From Laetmonice hystrix (lineage: Eukaryota), in the NCBI GenBank assembly GCA_965235115.1, contig OZ249436.1:7504001-7568000 (forward strand): DNA of 64,000 nt, read 5' to 3'. The notes beneath the pieces were generated by a model that saw only the letters and a program-made list of their open reading frames with translations, did no database searches and was not told the DNA's origin. The position numbers and the translations under genes are program-made. Of this stretch, positions 1 through 13,800 are shown in pieces. Each line of letters begins with the position of its first letter. Position 1 is the stretch's first letter.

Positions 1-911
1 AGAGCCTAGAAAGCATAATATTTTCTAGCCTACGTAGTAAGCCTTGCCGCGCCAGCAAGGCTTACGGGCAGTCAATGTAAATTCCTGGCGGGTCATGCTA
101 GGCCCTGTCACATCTGCCACACCACCACCGCTTGCACTGATCAACTCACCGCATCCATTTATCTCGACAGTAGGTGCGACAAGTCCTGAAGCAGTGTTTC
201 TAATAGTACAACGTCAAATTTAAAATTCATGTCTAGATTATCGGTCTACCAGCTGCCATGTTGCCTTTGATATCCCAGCATGCATCTCTCCGCTCGGAAA
301 TCCTGAACAGCGACCTTCGGCTCTGTTCAGAGCACAGAGCCAAATTCTTTGGCTAAATATTTTCATGACTTTTTACCCAAGATACAGAAAACAAACCTCT
401 GCCAATGTTACCTAGATTCTCACGTCTATCAGACTGGATCTCAAGAACATCATTTACTTAACGGTGTTCGAAATAAGGAAAAAAATTAGGTTGCCCAATG
501 GGGCAACCTACAGAACAAATCAGGTTGCCAGCCAAAATTTCTGCTTGCCCTGAGAAATGCCACAATTTTTTTACATAAAGGACAAAATAATGAGTAGACC
601 TTTTAAAGTTGCAATGTTATTAATTAAGTTAACCAAATCCTCATATTATTTAACACACTGACTGCAGAATCTTGCATTTTCATTTTTAGTGTGCATCAAT
701 CCAGCTAGTGCTACTGCATATATGCTGACAAATGTGTGACATGGTGTGGAAGATCGCTGGTGACAATATAAACACCTGGAGCTTGCTATGATTATCAGTT
801 GCCCGCCAGGGCAATCTCATGACCACTACAGCTTGCCCGTGGCGATTTTTGATTGCCAAATCGCCCGGGCAAGCTCTTATCGTGAACACTGCTTAATCTT
901 TATCTCTGCAG

Positions 912-3900
912 GCTGCTACTTTGGAAGCTACTTCATAATGGGTGGTGAAAGGTTTGATACAACACAGCCGGAAGCCTACTTGTTTGGTGAAAATCAAGAT
1001 TTGAATTTCCTTGGCAACAGGCCAATACCAGTAAGTATCAGTACAACACGTTTTTTTTAACACAGATTTTAAGGGGAGACTGAAACAAAATCATGAAAAA
1101 TCTACATATAAGTTTGATTAGATGATAACTTTTGGCTGCAGTATGGTAAATGATATTGCTGATGTTCAAAGAGAAAAATGTTTATTGAAGCTCAATATGG
1201 GATTCATTTTTTTTAGTTCCCCTATCCAGCGCCTCAGGCCAATGAACCTACAAAGACATTGAAAAGTCTTGTGAACATCAGAAAGGATTCTCTAAGGTTC
1301 ATCAGGTGAGTAAATTGGGAAGTAAATTTTTGCTGCTAACGTTCTGTCTTTATTTTTGTAGGTCCTTTGTTTTATCATTATAACTTGCTTATCCTGGTAT
1401 CCCCAATTCTACACATGAATTTTCAGCCAATTGGCCGATTTCTTCCCTTCTTTAGCCTTGAAACCCTGTACAAAGCCAATGGCAGGGTGAGATTTCAGCC
1501 TCTTTGATGTGTATTCACTCTAATGTTTGCTATTCTAAAAGTTAGCTGTGAGTATGAGTATGAGTATGAGCCAACATTTTGTGCACATGAATGCAGGATT
1601 CCAGGGGAGGAGAATCCTAAAGAAGAGAAACCTGAGGGAGAGCAGGAGGAGGAGATGGAGGAAGAAGAAGGGGAGAAAGATGAAGATAGTGAAGAGAAGG
1701 AAACCACCTCTCCACGTTACAACATAGAGTTCACCTTTGATACTGATGTTAGGGTGGCCATCACCATATACTACTTTGCCACAGAGGAGATCAGCAATGG
1801 CCAAGCAATGTAAGAAACAATAGCTGCCAGAAGGGTGATAGTCCAATTCTATGCAGGGTTGGCCGGGCAATACCCGGGCGGGTAATAATGTCCGGGAAAA
1901 CCCGGGAAAACCCGGGCTGGGCAATATCCCTAAAATCAGCTAAGTGGGCAATACTGGGTAATAAGAACAATATCATATACAATTCTCAAAAATGGAAAAA
2001 AAATTGCCAAACAGGGTCTCTATGCTTCATACTGGTAGGTCAGTACCTGAATAGCTATACAGTCAAGTACTGATACACACTGACTGAAAATTTCTCAGTT
2101 GCAGGACATTATATTCAGAGGCCTAGATCTACCTATAGAATCTGACTACCATGTAGAGTTTAGACAAGGCAGTCAGTATACACAGAGGAGCTAGAAGGCA
2201 CAGGTGCACCCCTCTCTTTACCGGTTCACTGATTCCAGTGTGTTGATTGATTCAGTGTAGTCATGAGTTGCCAGACGGTCTGGAGTATAGCCTATAGGAC
2301 AGGGATTATCTACTCTTTACAATGATACAATCACATCAGACTCACGGGTTCCAGTGTGTATCAATTTAGTACATTCTCATGAGTATTTTTTGAATGAAAA
2401 ATATTATGAATATTTTAAATGTTTACCACTTTAGTTGGACCTGGGGAAGCGTGTTGTCATAAAACCCAGTATTACCCATAAAACCCGTAAAACCCCGGTA
2501 AACCCGGTAAAACCCACTGGGCTGGGCAATAAGCTTAAAACCCGGGTTTTTGCCAACCCTGATTCTATGGGGGGGGGGAGTGCTAAATAATATACAGATC
2601 AAGTTGATCGAGTTGATCGAGGACTTCAGTTTCCTTTATCATTATTCTGGCATGGCCATGTATTAACTGGTATAACTGGTAAAAATGGAACTGTTGGATT
2701 TCATATGAATTCAAATAGACTTTTAGAAAAGGTCATAGCAGGGCAATATGATTGTGATTTCAAGTATATTAATATTTTAATATGGATAATTTCTGTGTTG
2801 CATTATACAGCTACCATCCACGTGATGTGACTATGAACTCTGAGACATACCACTACAAGCGAGGAGCCAACCAAACTTTTAGCCAGTCCACGCACATTGT
2901 TGAGCCCAGCAAATTCCCTGAAGAGGATGTAAGTCATATACATTTGCTTCTTGCAGTATTTTATTTCAGTTTCATTTAATTTGCACAGATTGTAAAGGTT
3001 TACTACATCAATACTAGCTGTACTAGTCAGTTGACTTGTTTATCTCAATCGGTATAGTCATGTATTTATCTTTGAAAATGTTTGGCTTGCAGTGGCAGTA
3101 CAATCCAGACAAGGATACAATCCCAGTTGTCATTCAGTGTGTTGTGGAGGATGAAGGTAAGCACTTAATGGCCATATCAGTAAGGGTCCTATAGTAATTG
3201 CCCATTACAGACTTTTTAAATTGTACTACTTGCAACATCAAGACAGTGGTCTGATGTTTTCAGTGAAATGTGCAACAGGACTAAAATCTGGTTATAATAT
3301 GCTAGAGAAACTGAGGATAGCTTTTCAACCAAGTCCTGTACGCTGATTATTTTTGGTAACCCTCAATGATTGGCATGGCATTGGTGATAAAATTTGATTA
3401 ATTAATGCATGATCAGGATACTAGTACCTTCAGACCAACTCAGTAGACCAATACATTGTTGACAACACTGTAAGGCATCATTCATTTTACCTGAAGGACT
3501 AAAATTTTTGTTGTTTTCTGGGATTTGTCCTGTATTATTCATGATCACATGACTTATTCATGTTTTCAGCAGAGCACACTGGACATTCACACATGACATT
3601 TGCTGTGGTGGACCAGTGGTCAAACGACAGCTATGTTCTCAAACCTCTGAAACAAAAACAAATGGTGGATGGACTATGCTATCTTCTTCAGGAGATTTAT
3701 GGCATTGAGAATAAAAATGCTGACAGAACAAAGGTATTGTATAACTTAGAAAAAGAGAATAAATGTATTGCAATTTTTGATACACAAAACTAATAAAGGT
3801 AAAGCAATATTTATATTGTGAATACTTCAGTGTCACAACAGTAGGAATGCATAGCACAGTCTGTAGTTTTACATAACAAATTGGGATGCAATTGATTATT

Positions 3901-6834
3901 GCTCACCAGTATTTCTGTCCAACCTACGATTTAATACATGTAATAGGTTTTGTTTATGAAGTACACCATTATATCTGTATTTACAATCAGTTCCAGGATG
4001 ATGAAATCGAGGACTCTGGATCAGAATGTGTCATCTGTATGTCCGATGTACGAGACACCCTCATTCTACCATGTCGCCATCTCTGTTTATGTAATGGCTG
4101 TGCAGACAACCTACGTTACCAGGCCAACAACTGCCCTATCTGCCGAGCCCCTTTTAGAGCTTTGCTTCAGATCCGAGCCATGAGGAAGAAACTTCCCAAT
4201 GCCCCAGCTCACCTGCCACAGGTCAGCGCTTCCTTTCAGTTGGCCTATTGAGATATTTCTGATAAGTTTAAAAAACTGAATGATCCTGCTTTTGAATAAC
4301 ATTTAATGACAAAATAGAAAAGGAAAGCCGATTTTTCCTGCTTGATTGATAGTACAGGTTCTGTGGAATGGTTCAAGTCAACTTTAGAAAAATACAATAA
4401 ACTGGTTTGGTATGCATGCTACCATTAGCATGTTGGTTGACCTTAGCCACTCAAGGAATCATATCTTCATACAGTTGTTTTTATAGGCTTTACTATAACC
4501 TATAGCAGAACACAGATGGATGGATACATCTGATGAGAATGAGGATGAGATTGTTTGAGATATTGATGATATTTGTTAATAGAGTGAGACTGAGGATAAC
4601 GGAGTCAGTCAAGAGGGTGTCCCGCCAGGTTATGAGGCAGTCTCACTCATTGAGGCCCTCAATGGACCAAACAGCCTTCAGGCACCTACACTCCAGATGG
4701 CTCCTGATGGTAAGTGACATAACCTGATACTTGCAAAGAAATATACCCTATAAGAAGTGCATCATTTCATAGAGGTTAAATGGTTATTTCATTGCTCTGG
4801 ATATATGTGCGTTTTTAAGTCATGGACCAAATCAATGTACTTCATCAAGTAGTGGGATGAATTATTGATTGCTGACTTTTAACACCAGTACATTCACATG
4901 TTATATTTATTTAAAACATATAGAAACATACTTATCATGTCACAACTGTACATAAACCTTTATGGCCTTGAGTTTCATGCTGTTTCCCTTTCTGCTAGGC
5001 ATCCCTCCTGTTCGACCAACAGGACCAAGTCTGCCTACCTCTCCGGAGGAGAGTCCCATCTTGGACAGGCGGAAGACCAAAAGGTAAAGGTGGTGTTTGT
5101 AGTGTAGGGGCTGGAAGGAGAGGGCATGTTGATTAGTAAGGCAGTAATTCAGTCAAGATATGACAGACTTTGAAGACAAAAATAGCATCACCGAGGTCTG
5201 GTTCCTAAAAACGTCAAATATTGCTTAAGTTTGAGCTTAACGCTTCTGATTGGCTGGTCTAAACAGACCAGCCAATCAGAAGCGATCAGTTTTACTCTGA
5301 AAGTCTAACTATCATTATGATACTAAAACTTAGATAGATACGAGTTTATATACTTGTGTTATTCCAGTTTCACAATAAGAAAGCTCATTGTCTGCATGAT
5401 TATAATGACAGGCACTCATCGATCCGAAGCAACCACTCAGTGCGTGAGACTCCAGTAGTGGAGGAGGCAGAAGAAGCCGTGGAGAATGGCACTGATCCTG
5501 GCACCAACGGTCGTAAAACACCAGAGGTCATCATGACAGGAATTGTAGCTGAACCGGTGAAGTCTCCTGCTGCTGTGAAAGCTCCATCCCGCATTCCAAA
5601 CGTCAGGTAAACTCTCAGGTTTATCTCCTCTCGTCTAGAAATAATATTTTGTTTGAATAGTTCTCCTATGAATAATCGCTGAACCCTGGGATCTCTTGGC
5701 TCTGAATAATGTTTCCTGATGGAGACCTGTTTTATCTGTAATTTCACAATAATTACCTTTGATGGGGAAAAATGACCTTGAGCATCTGCTCTCGACGTTT
5801 GTGCACCTCTGTTTCAATATCTGGATAAATAAAGTGGTTTAGTACATGTTGCACAGAGTGTGTGGGATAGAGGGAGGTGTCAGATATGACAGGCATCACT
5901 TTTTGATGACAGGTTTTCAGGAGGGAAGGCGGCAACCACCCCTGAGAGTTCCCCAGACGGTTTGGATCCAGCCCAGAAACAGTCTGTTGAGATCATCAAT
6001 GAGGTTGATCAAGTAAGCATCTAAATGAGCTTGGTCTATGTATAGTCCCGCAATCCAGTCTGAAATTATCTTGATGCTGGTTGTTTGAAAATCAGAAATC
6101 TTTTCACTTCCTTCACTTTTGTTTCCACTCAACTTTGCTGGGTGTAAACTTGTTCTGGTTTTGAAGACGTGTCCTTTTATCAACTTAGCCGGTAGTGGGC
6201 GCCACTGCAGCGGTTCCAGACGTAGCTGTTTTGCCAGTAGAGGGCGCTAGACATATCACACCGCCACCTAACTATGAACAGGCAAACGGTAGGAACTGTG
6301 TACCACTCGTCCCTCTGAGACATCGTGCCAACCTTCAAACAACCCTACCTTACCATGGCACTGCAACATAACACTTATTACATAATAATCGTTATACAGT
6401 TCATATTCAGTATAGAAGATTAGAGCAGATATACCATAACAAGTTATAAATTCATGGGCTTTCCATAAATTTGTATGTCGTTTGATTATAGAAGTTGGTG
6501 TATAAATTACTTTATTCAGTGATGATGCTAGATGATGTTAGAATTTTGCTGATTTTAGTTTTTGTATCTGATCATTTCAGATATGCCTACTGTGGCCTTG
6601 CCTCCTGGCGTGGAGTTCCAGGCTGCCGCTCACACTGCCGTGTTGAGTGATAAGGCTGGCGATGGTGAAGAGTCTGTGCCATTATGCCAGGCGCTGCCAA
6701 CAGAGAATATGTCTCTGCCAGGTACTCCAATCTCCACAACTGACGGCTCCAGCTACAGCTCGACGTCTTCAACGCGAGTCCTGCTGCCGACAGGCGTTCC
6801 CTTGAAAGCGCCCGATGACAATTCCACAGCGTGA
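912..6834 (+). CDS. MGRN1: Mahogunin/RNF157-family RING E3 ubiquitin ligase, multi-exon, 5' partial
   Basis: Phase-compatible GT-AG exons: 912-1030, 1217-1305, 1597-1809, 2811-2928, 3093-3156, 3570/3573-3733, 3991/3997-4221, 4583-4709, 4999-5083, 5412-5606, 5913-6012, 6189-6288, 6581-6834. Family motifs: [119 protein letters not shown]. No start exon found in the window. Confidence 0.93.
1854..2561. mobile_element. Non-autonomous hAT-type DNA transposon in an MGRN1 intron
   Basis: TIRs CAGGGTTGGC...GCCAACCCTG; 8-bp TSD ATTCTATG at 1846-1853 and 2562-2569; subterminal AAAACCCGG repeats. Confidence 0.85.
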
Positions 6835-9800
6835 CGGGAAGACCTTGGGGGAGACCGGGATGGGGATGGGGATGAGGAAGAGAAGGAGGAAGAGGTGGAG
6901 GAGGAGGGGTGGCATGGTGACGTGGAGGCAGGGCATGGTGACGGGTCATGGGGCGTCTTTCTCTCAGACTTTGAGGACGCTGCGTGATCAGACCAGTATC
7001 ATACCATGCCATGCCGACATATCACAACTGGCTCTGGCCTCGGTTTGTGGACTGAATGTTACTCAAATTTAATTTTTGTTGATTTTTTAAAAAAATTTTC
7101 TTCTTTTTTTTCAAAATAAAAAAGATTATTGCTAGAATGGTATTCAGATAAATTTCGAACAGTGATAACTTTGTTAAAATGATGTTAGTTTTAAAGCAGA
7201 TGTACGTTTAACACAATGTCGAACTGGTTCAAACATTGGTGTATTCAGTCCACAAAAAGAGAGTTGGACAATAAGTAGATGGTCATTGGCTGAACTTTTC
7301 TACAGAAGTGAAGGATGGAGAGTTGAGGGCCGTACTTATGCCAGGCCACTTGGTAATATGTGGGATGGCCCTTTGGCCGAAAACGCCATTCTTACAAGGT
7401 AAAACATTTGAAAGGTGGGGAAAAGTATTTGGTCTCCCTCAGGGTATACACTGATACCTTTGGGTTAAATATTCTCTGTACAAAATACTATATTATATTA
7501 ACTGTATAAAATCTAGAGGAGGAAGGCAACCTTTAAAGTTGATCATTTATCCCCCAGACAGATTCTCTACAAAATTTATTTAGTAATAAATTTATTCCCA
7601 TCTAACTTGCTAACAGTCAACCCCACGGGAAATGAAACTAAACTTGATTGCTTTTTTTCACAGCTATCTGTAAATTCAATTTTCTATGTATATATGTCAA
7701 ACTTTACCATATGGGGAGAAATGTGGGCCTTGCTTTCACAAATTTATTGTCGTACACAGCGGTATTCATATAACATCTAAAATAAAACTACAGAGTAGAT
7801 CCAAAGCACTCGATCTCAAAGACTATGACCTATTTGTTGAGAACTGTTATATCAATATACCTAAAAAGTTATAATTCTCATAAGGCCCGAATTAATACAA
7901 AATTAAAGTATATGGTGGTCCGCCAAAGAAGTTAATGGAAGCTGTATGGTGAAAGATAGGGTCGGGAAGCAAAAGTAATGGTGCAGTTTATATATACGTA
8001 TATTATCCTTGCCATAATTGTAATATAGTGTATCTAAATGTACTTAGAAATAGGAGTTCCCCATGATGTTTTAATCTAGCCTGTTAGTTATTTATTAGGA
8101 TATATTTTATGGTTATCAGAAGTAGAAATGACAAAGGAATAAATGTCATAGTACCGTATATCGTACAACAGATTTGTAGATGCCCGTGATTTTTAAGTGA
8201 TATTTAACAAGGCATGTTGCATGGGCCCAAGGTGCATATAAATTAGAAGATGACACTCGAGCAATTGTAATACTCCAAAGTTATAAAGAAAGCAGGCAAG
8301 TTTTTAAAAAACGAGCCGGGAGCATGATACGTTTACAGCTCATGAGCTTGAGCAGAACATTTCAAGCTGAACTAAGAATTCAGTCCAGGATACGTTACGA
8401 AAATCAAAGGTGACCGGATCTTATATCCAATTATTTGTTTACTATCGTGTCCTGGGCTTGCAGGAATTCAAACTCGACAGTAAGGAAGATATATGGGAGA
8501 CAAGGATGTAATGCGACTCCTGACATTTGCGTAGACAGAATTCTCAGCAGGCGCATCGCTGGTTTTACGATGTGTCTCAAAAAGCTCTATGAATGTTTGT
8601 AAATTTTTTAATGAAACCCCAGAATGCATATCCCGGCTGTTCTTAACTTTACTCTGCTCGGTCGGGTCATAAAGATGTTGAATACAGTTGTACAGTCGAT
8701 ACCTGCATGCTGGACTTAGGGGTCAGCATATATCATTCAGTGAAGCTCTTATAACTTTTTTTTTAATGTTTGAAAATTTTCAGCGTATATCAGTTTGAGG
8801 GTATGCTGTGGTATAGAACGGGCAGTTACAGTGGGCCCGACCTTATGTTGATTTCGTCTTCATCTGGTTCAAAGTTGGTGCAGTCATAGCACCGAAGTAA
8901 TTGTGGCCGAAGAAACCCCCTTGCTGATCAGTAGTCCAGCTCTGGTGTTAAGCTCAAACCTTATAATCTACATGTACACCTGCATTATAGAAGAAGTCCG
9001 CATTAACCATAAATACATGTATGCATGTATATACATATACGTATTGATTAAGACATAGTTTCGAAAGAACCTGAAAAACATGAGAAAGTCAGAAAACAAT
9101 ACAGTTAATGTAAAGGTAGTAGATACATGTATTCCTACTCTATCAACGTAACCTTGGGAGTTCTCAGTTAATGTGTATTACGTACCGGACTATGTGAAGC
9201 CTTGAACTGATAAGATGTATACTGTATAAAGAAATAAATACTAGTGTTCAATATGACCGTAGTCTCAGGGCCGGATCCAGGATTTTTTTCGGGGGGGGGG
9301 GGGGGGGCACAGGTGTATGGGTGGATGAATGGACCCATATAGCTACCTGACATGGGCAAGGGTCACTCAGTATGGGGGGATCAGAACCCTGCTTTTGAAA
9401 AATTTCGGGGGGGGGGCTGTGCCCCCCTAAATCCGCCAGTGAGTCCCCCCCCCATTTTTAATATTTTAAAACTTAAATATAAGGACCTATTTAAAGCGTG
9501 TGTAGAGTTCTGGGTACCGGGTATGCGCTCGCAGACAAGGGGATCTCACTCCAGTGAGTGGAATCTTTATATTCTGGGCCCTAGAGCACTCCTCCCACAA
9601 GCCCTTTGAAATATCTGGTAAGAATGTTCTCTCTATTCACGAGTCTACTGAACATAACCCATTGTCTCGTCTGTTAGTTCATTGTCTAACATTGGGCTTT
9701 TACTAGCTGTAGAATTATATTAGAAATCGGTCTCCTTAAAAAAGAAATCGTACCTGCATGTCCGACAATAAATTTTACTACCAATATGAGAACAAAGACC

Positions 9801-10859
9801 GTTTTATATCTTCACGTGATATATACATTATTCGGTGTTGTTTGCCTGATGTAGTAGCTATGGCCCGACCTGGCCAATCGTTCCTTGAAATCGCGTGCCT
9901 CAATATAACAATATAATAACATTTAGTCCCTTCCCCTGCGGCGATATACCGGTGGTACGATCGCGTGCCGTAACAGGTTAGTCGACTCCATGACTTGCAA
10001 TCAGCTAATCAGTGGGATGGCGTTATCAGACATGGCAAACCTAGCTCCCAATGTATCATACATAAAGAATGAAAGCAGCACAGAGAAGATCGGGTTGTTA
10101 TTCACCTCCATCACCTCATTATTGAAGTCGGAGAAAGAAATATGGATAAAGAAAGTAGAGCCAGACAGAGAAATAGAGACATCCGGACAAACATTAGAGA
10201 GCAAAAAGAGTCAGCGATGTGAGTCAGATGGGGACGTCACGCATGGTTGCGTGATTCTTCAATCAAAGTCTGACTAATTTGGCCTACCCAGATATTACGA
10301 GTCGACCTGTCAATTATCCAGTTGACCAAGCCCAGTCCCTCTAGTTTGTGTCCGTCACAATTATTTCCCGCGGTGTCCTGAGCTGTCCTTCCATATAACG
10401 CTACGTGAAGGTTCTGATGCTGGCCTGACTTGTTTGGATGGTCGGACAGACATAACTGATTCTGGCTGTGAAGTGACTACACGTGCAAACTGGAAACTCT
10501 GAGACATTCATTATATTTCTAATGAATTAGAAACTGGTGGGTATTTAAGAGATTTTAATCTTTGGAGAATATGTGTCAATAGGTTCGAATATTACCGAGT
10601 TCTATTTCAGGGTTGCCGCCTAGCCACAACATATACTCGTGACAGTCTCATGCACTGAGTATTGAATCAAAAATCATTTGGAATTTTTTCTTTTAAAAAC
10701 CTGTACAGAATTCAAAGGTGTCTTTTCCTCTCTATACTATTTGATTTTTTAAACCCTAAGTTGTTGCATTATCTTGGTTTCGCGCATGCTGCTGTATCCA
10801 GGGGCACCAGAACAAGGCGTTTTCAGGTGTGTTCTTTCTCAGACGCTGCCGGCTCGAGT

Positions 10860-13800
10860 ATGGCGCCAAAAATGCTGAAGTTGGTTCAGATACAACTCTT
10901 TCTACTCGCCATACTGCAGACATCTCACTCGGCAGGTAAGTGGTTTTTACTTGGGTCTCGATCAGGATTTTTACTTGGGTCTCAATCAGGTTATACTCGA
11001 GCATGGTATGAGACGTGATAATGGATTGGAGTGGTACTCCTGCCCTGTACATCCCACTTAAACCCTAAGAAATTTGATCAGAAAAAAGATCCATAGCCCT
11101 GACTCCCTAACCCAGGGCCCTACAACTCCCAAAGATATATCCCTGTCCTTGACCTTAACCCGAATCCCTTTTTTTCTGGAAGATACCATGGAGGAATAAC
11201 CTCCTGCCCCAATCCTGACCCCTACCCATACTTCCGGTCCCCGGACCATCCTCAAATATAGGCCTACCTGCCCCCAACTCTCGTTCCTGCCCCTGTCCCT
11301 ATAACACCGATTTTGTTGGATGATACGATGGAGAAAATCCATTTAAATCCATTTATAAATTTAATAGTGGGATTGAAACCAGGCAAAAACTGGAGACCTG
11401 TTCAGGACGTTTACGGGAAGAGAGCAGTCATTGGAGAAGTCGGAGAGGCATGCATGCTCCTCTGGGAAATTTAAGAAAGACATCAAATAATCTAATCTCA
11501 GAACGTCTTGTTTGGAAATATGAAGATTTCCTTTGGTTAAACACTCCTTTAATATAGCAAATTTGTTTCAAGGACGGCGGGGGTGGGGGTGGGGATTCCG
11601 AGATAGATCTACTTGAAAACCCCCCTGCATGGATACGCCACTGAATAGTCCTTTGCCCCTTGACTTAATGCGTTTTATGGATTGTACACGGTACAGGGAT
11701 GCAATGGCAACACGTCATTGCATGACTCTAAACCGGGAATTCACCAAAGGGGTTAGTTTTTTTGTGGGGGTCTTTTTGGGTTGTTTTTTGTTGTTGAGCC
11801 ACACACATTATACGGACCGGAATCATGTGTTCGGATCTCATGTCACGCTAACGCCTTGGTCCAACCATGGCACGCAACGAATTGCATGCAGCCCGTGATC
11901 CCGCTATGTCCTGAACTACATAGGCACCTACGCGGGTTTCCGACAGCGAGGTTAGACCTACACATTGTACCTTTCTACAATCCTGCCCTTTATGACCATC
12001 TGAGGAATAAAACTGTCAACATGCGGGGCTCGTATTGCGTGTAAATCTGAACGCTAAGCCCGACACGTGTTCCCACGAACATAAATTCGTCCGTTGCTGA
12101 TGTAGCCATTACTTACGTAGCCTATAGACGACAGGGCTGTAGCCAGCCCACAACATCAGCGGAGGCACCCCATCAGGTGCGAATTCGGGGGGGGGGGGGG
12201 GGGGGGGGTCATGCCCCTGAAAATGTAGGCCTACTTATCTGGCCCTGACTAATTATTCGAACTGTGCAATATATAGCTACCAGGATAATAAGGATTAGAT
12301 ATAGGCCTAGGCCTAATTGTCAGTATGCCCAATAGGTAAAGTTTCGTCAGACATTTTTCTGACCTTGAATTAATATGATCTATTCAGGTATATGCAGAAG
12401 AACTATAGAATTCATATTAAACGAGCATGTTTTTGTAAACATATGCAGTAGATTACGTCATAATTAGGCGTATAGAGGGCAATTCCTTTGACATTAACCA
12501 TGCGGTCAATGTTAAAACTTCTAACGTTAAGTAACACAATTCAAGCAAAGTTTAGCAATTCATTCTGGTGCGACGAAGCGAGACAACCATTAAATTTTAT
12601 ACGAACAGGCTATATAAATGATGTTCAGAATGGTTATACGAATAGGCTATATAAATGATGTTCAGAATGGTCCAAGTTACCACATACGGGGTCGTTTCTC
12701 ACGCTGACCGATTTTGATAGCATTGCACAATTCTTCTTGGCAGAGTTGATGTTCAGCGAGACCAGCAAAGAACTCGCGCCAGGAGAGACAGCAATGTGTA
12801 CTATTCTATCAAGTAAATATGCACCGATCCATGGGATTTTCGCAACGTAAGTAGAATCATTTTTTCACGTTCCAATCCTGTGGCCAAGGTGCAAAGGCGT
12901 TCCCCTGGGGGGGGGGGGGGCTCCCTAGAAAAAATCTAGGGAATATATAGGAGGGGGCCTGTACATATTTTCGTCCCCCTAACCATATCTTACATTATGT
13001 ACAGGCATAGATATTATCATTTCTCAACGCAACGTGCATGCTTACACTTTGCTTAAGGGTGATCACAGGTTACACCTGTATACGATTGCTGCCATCATCC
13101 ACTGAGGCGATTGTCCTTGCGATGTCCATGCGATTTTGAATTCCCATTTTTATTTTACTGTGATTTTGAGATTAAAAGATGGAACCAATTTCCAGAAACA
13201 GGGAAGGCCAGCCAAAAACAAAATTTACAGAGTGAAATTCCACCATTAAGGCCATCGCAAGGGAAGTCGCCTTAGTGGATCAGGTCGCAAAACAGGGAAC
13301 GTGTGCGCTCATTGGGAACAGGCTAGACTGTTCTGTTCTTCATAATATGATACCTCAGACGCAGTGTGGTCCTGAAAAGCCAGTTACCGCCTGTTCTGTC
13401 GCGTCGTGTTCACCTGTGGCCACCTGCTCCTCACTTTCTTTGTCCAAATCTCTTTTCTCCAGATTGCGTGTCAAAGTCCCAGGCCATAAAGATGCTGCTG
13501 ATTTTATAAAGCTGACGCCGAAAACAAATACGTTAAAAATCGAGCCCTTCAAAACGTCGACGTCATTTACGGTAGAAGCTTTGAAAGGGCCGGCGGTAGT
13601 GATTTTGACGATAACTCCTGTCTCAGCCAAACATACAAAAGGGGCCGCTGCCACTAAGGTCATCGTTATCAAGGCTGGTAGGAAATGAATAAACAAATCT
13701 ATACTTTTTAGAAAGGTAGAGTCTAATAATGATAAGGATCACAATACGGACTGTAGGCCTACTTCAAACTCGTATACCACCAAGGTATACATATTCTTTC

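Noticed and set aside
192..891. Possible hAT element (CAGTGTT...AACACTG)
   Set aside because: The TIR match is short and the flanking 8-mers do not match as a TSD.
6832..6834. Selenocysteine codon in MGRN1
   Set aside because: No SECIS recognised downstream, and the context is a disordered tail, not a redox motif.
12745..12816. Alternative frame with a furin-like RARR site in the putative second collagen-gene exon
   Set aside because: It ends in a stop and does not fit the phase of the best acceptor after exon 1; not excluded without RNA data.
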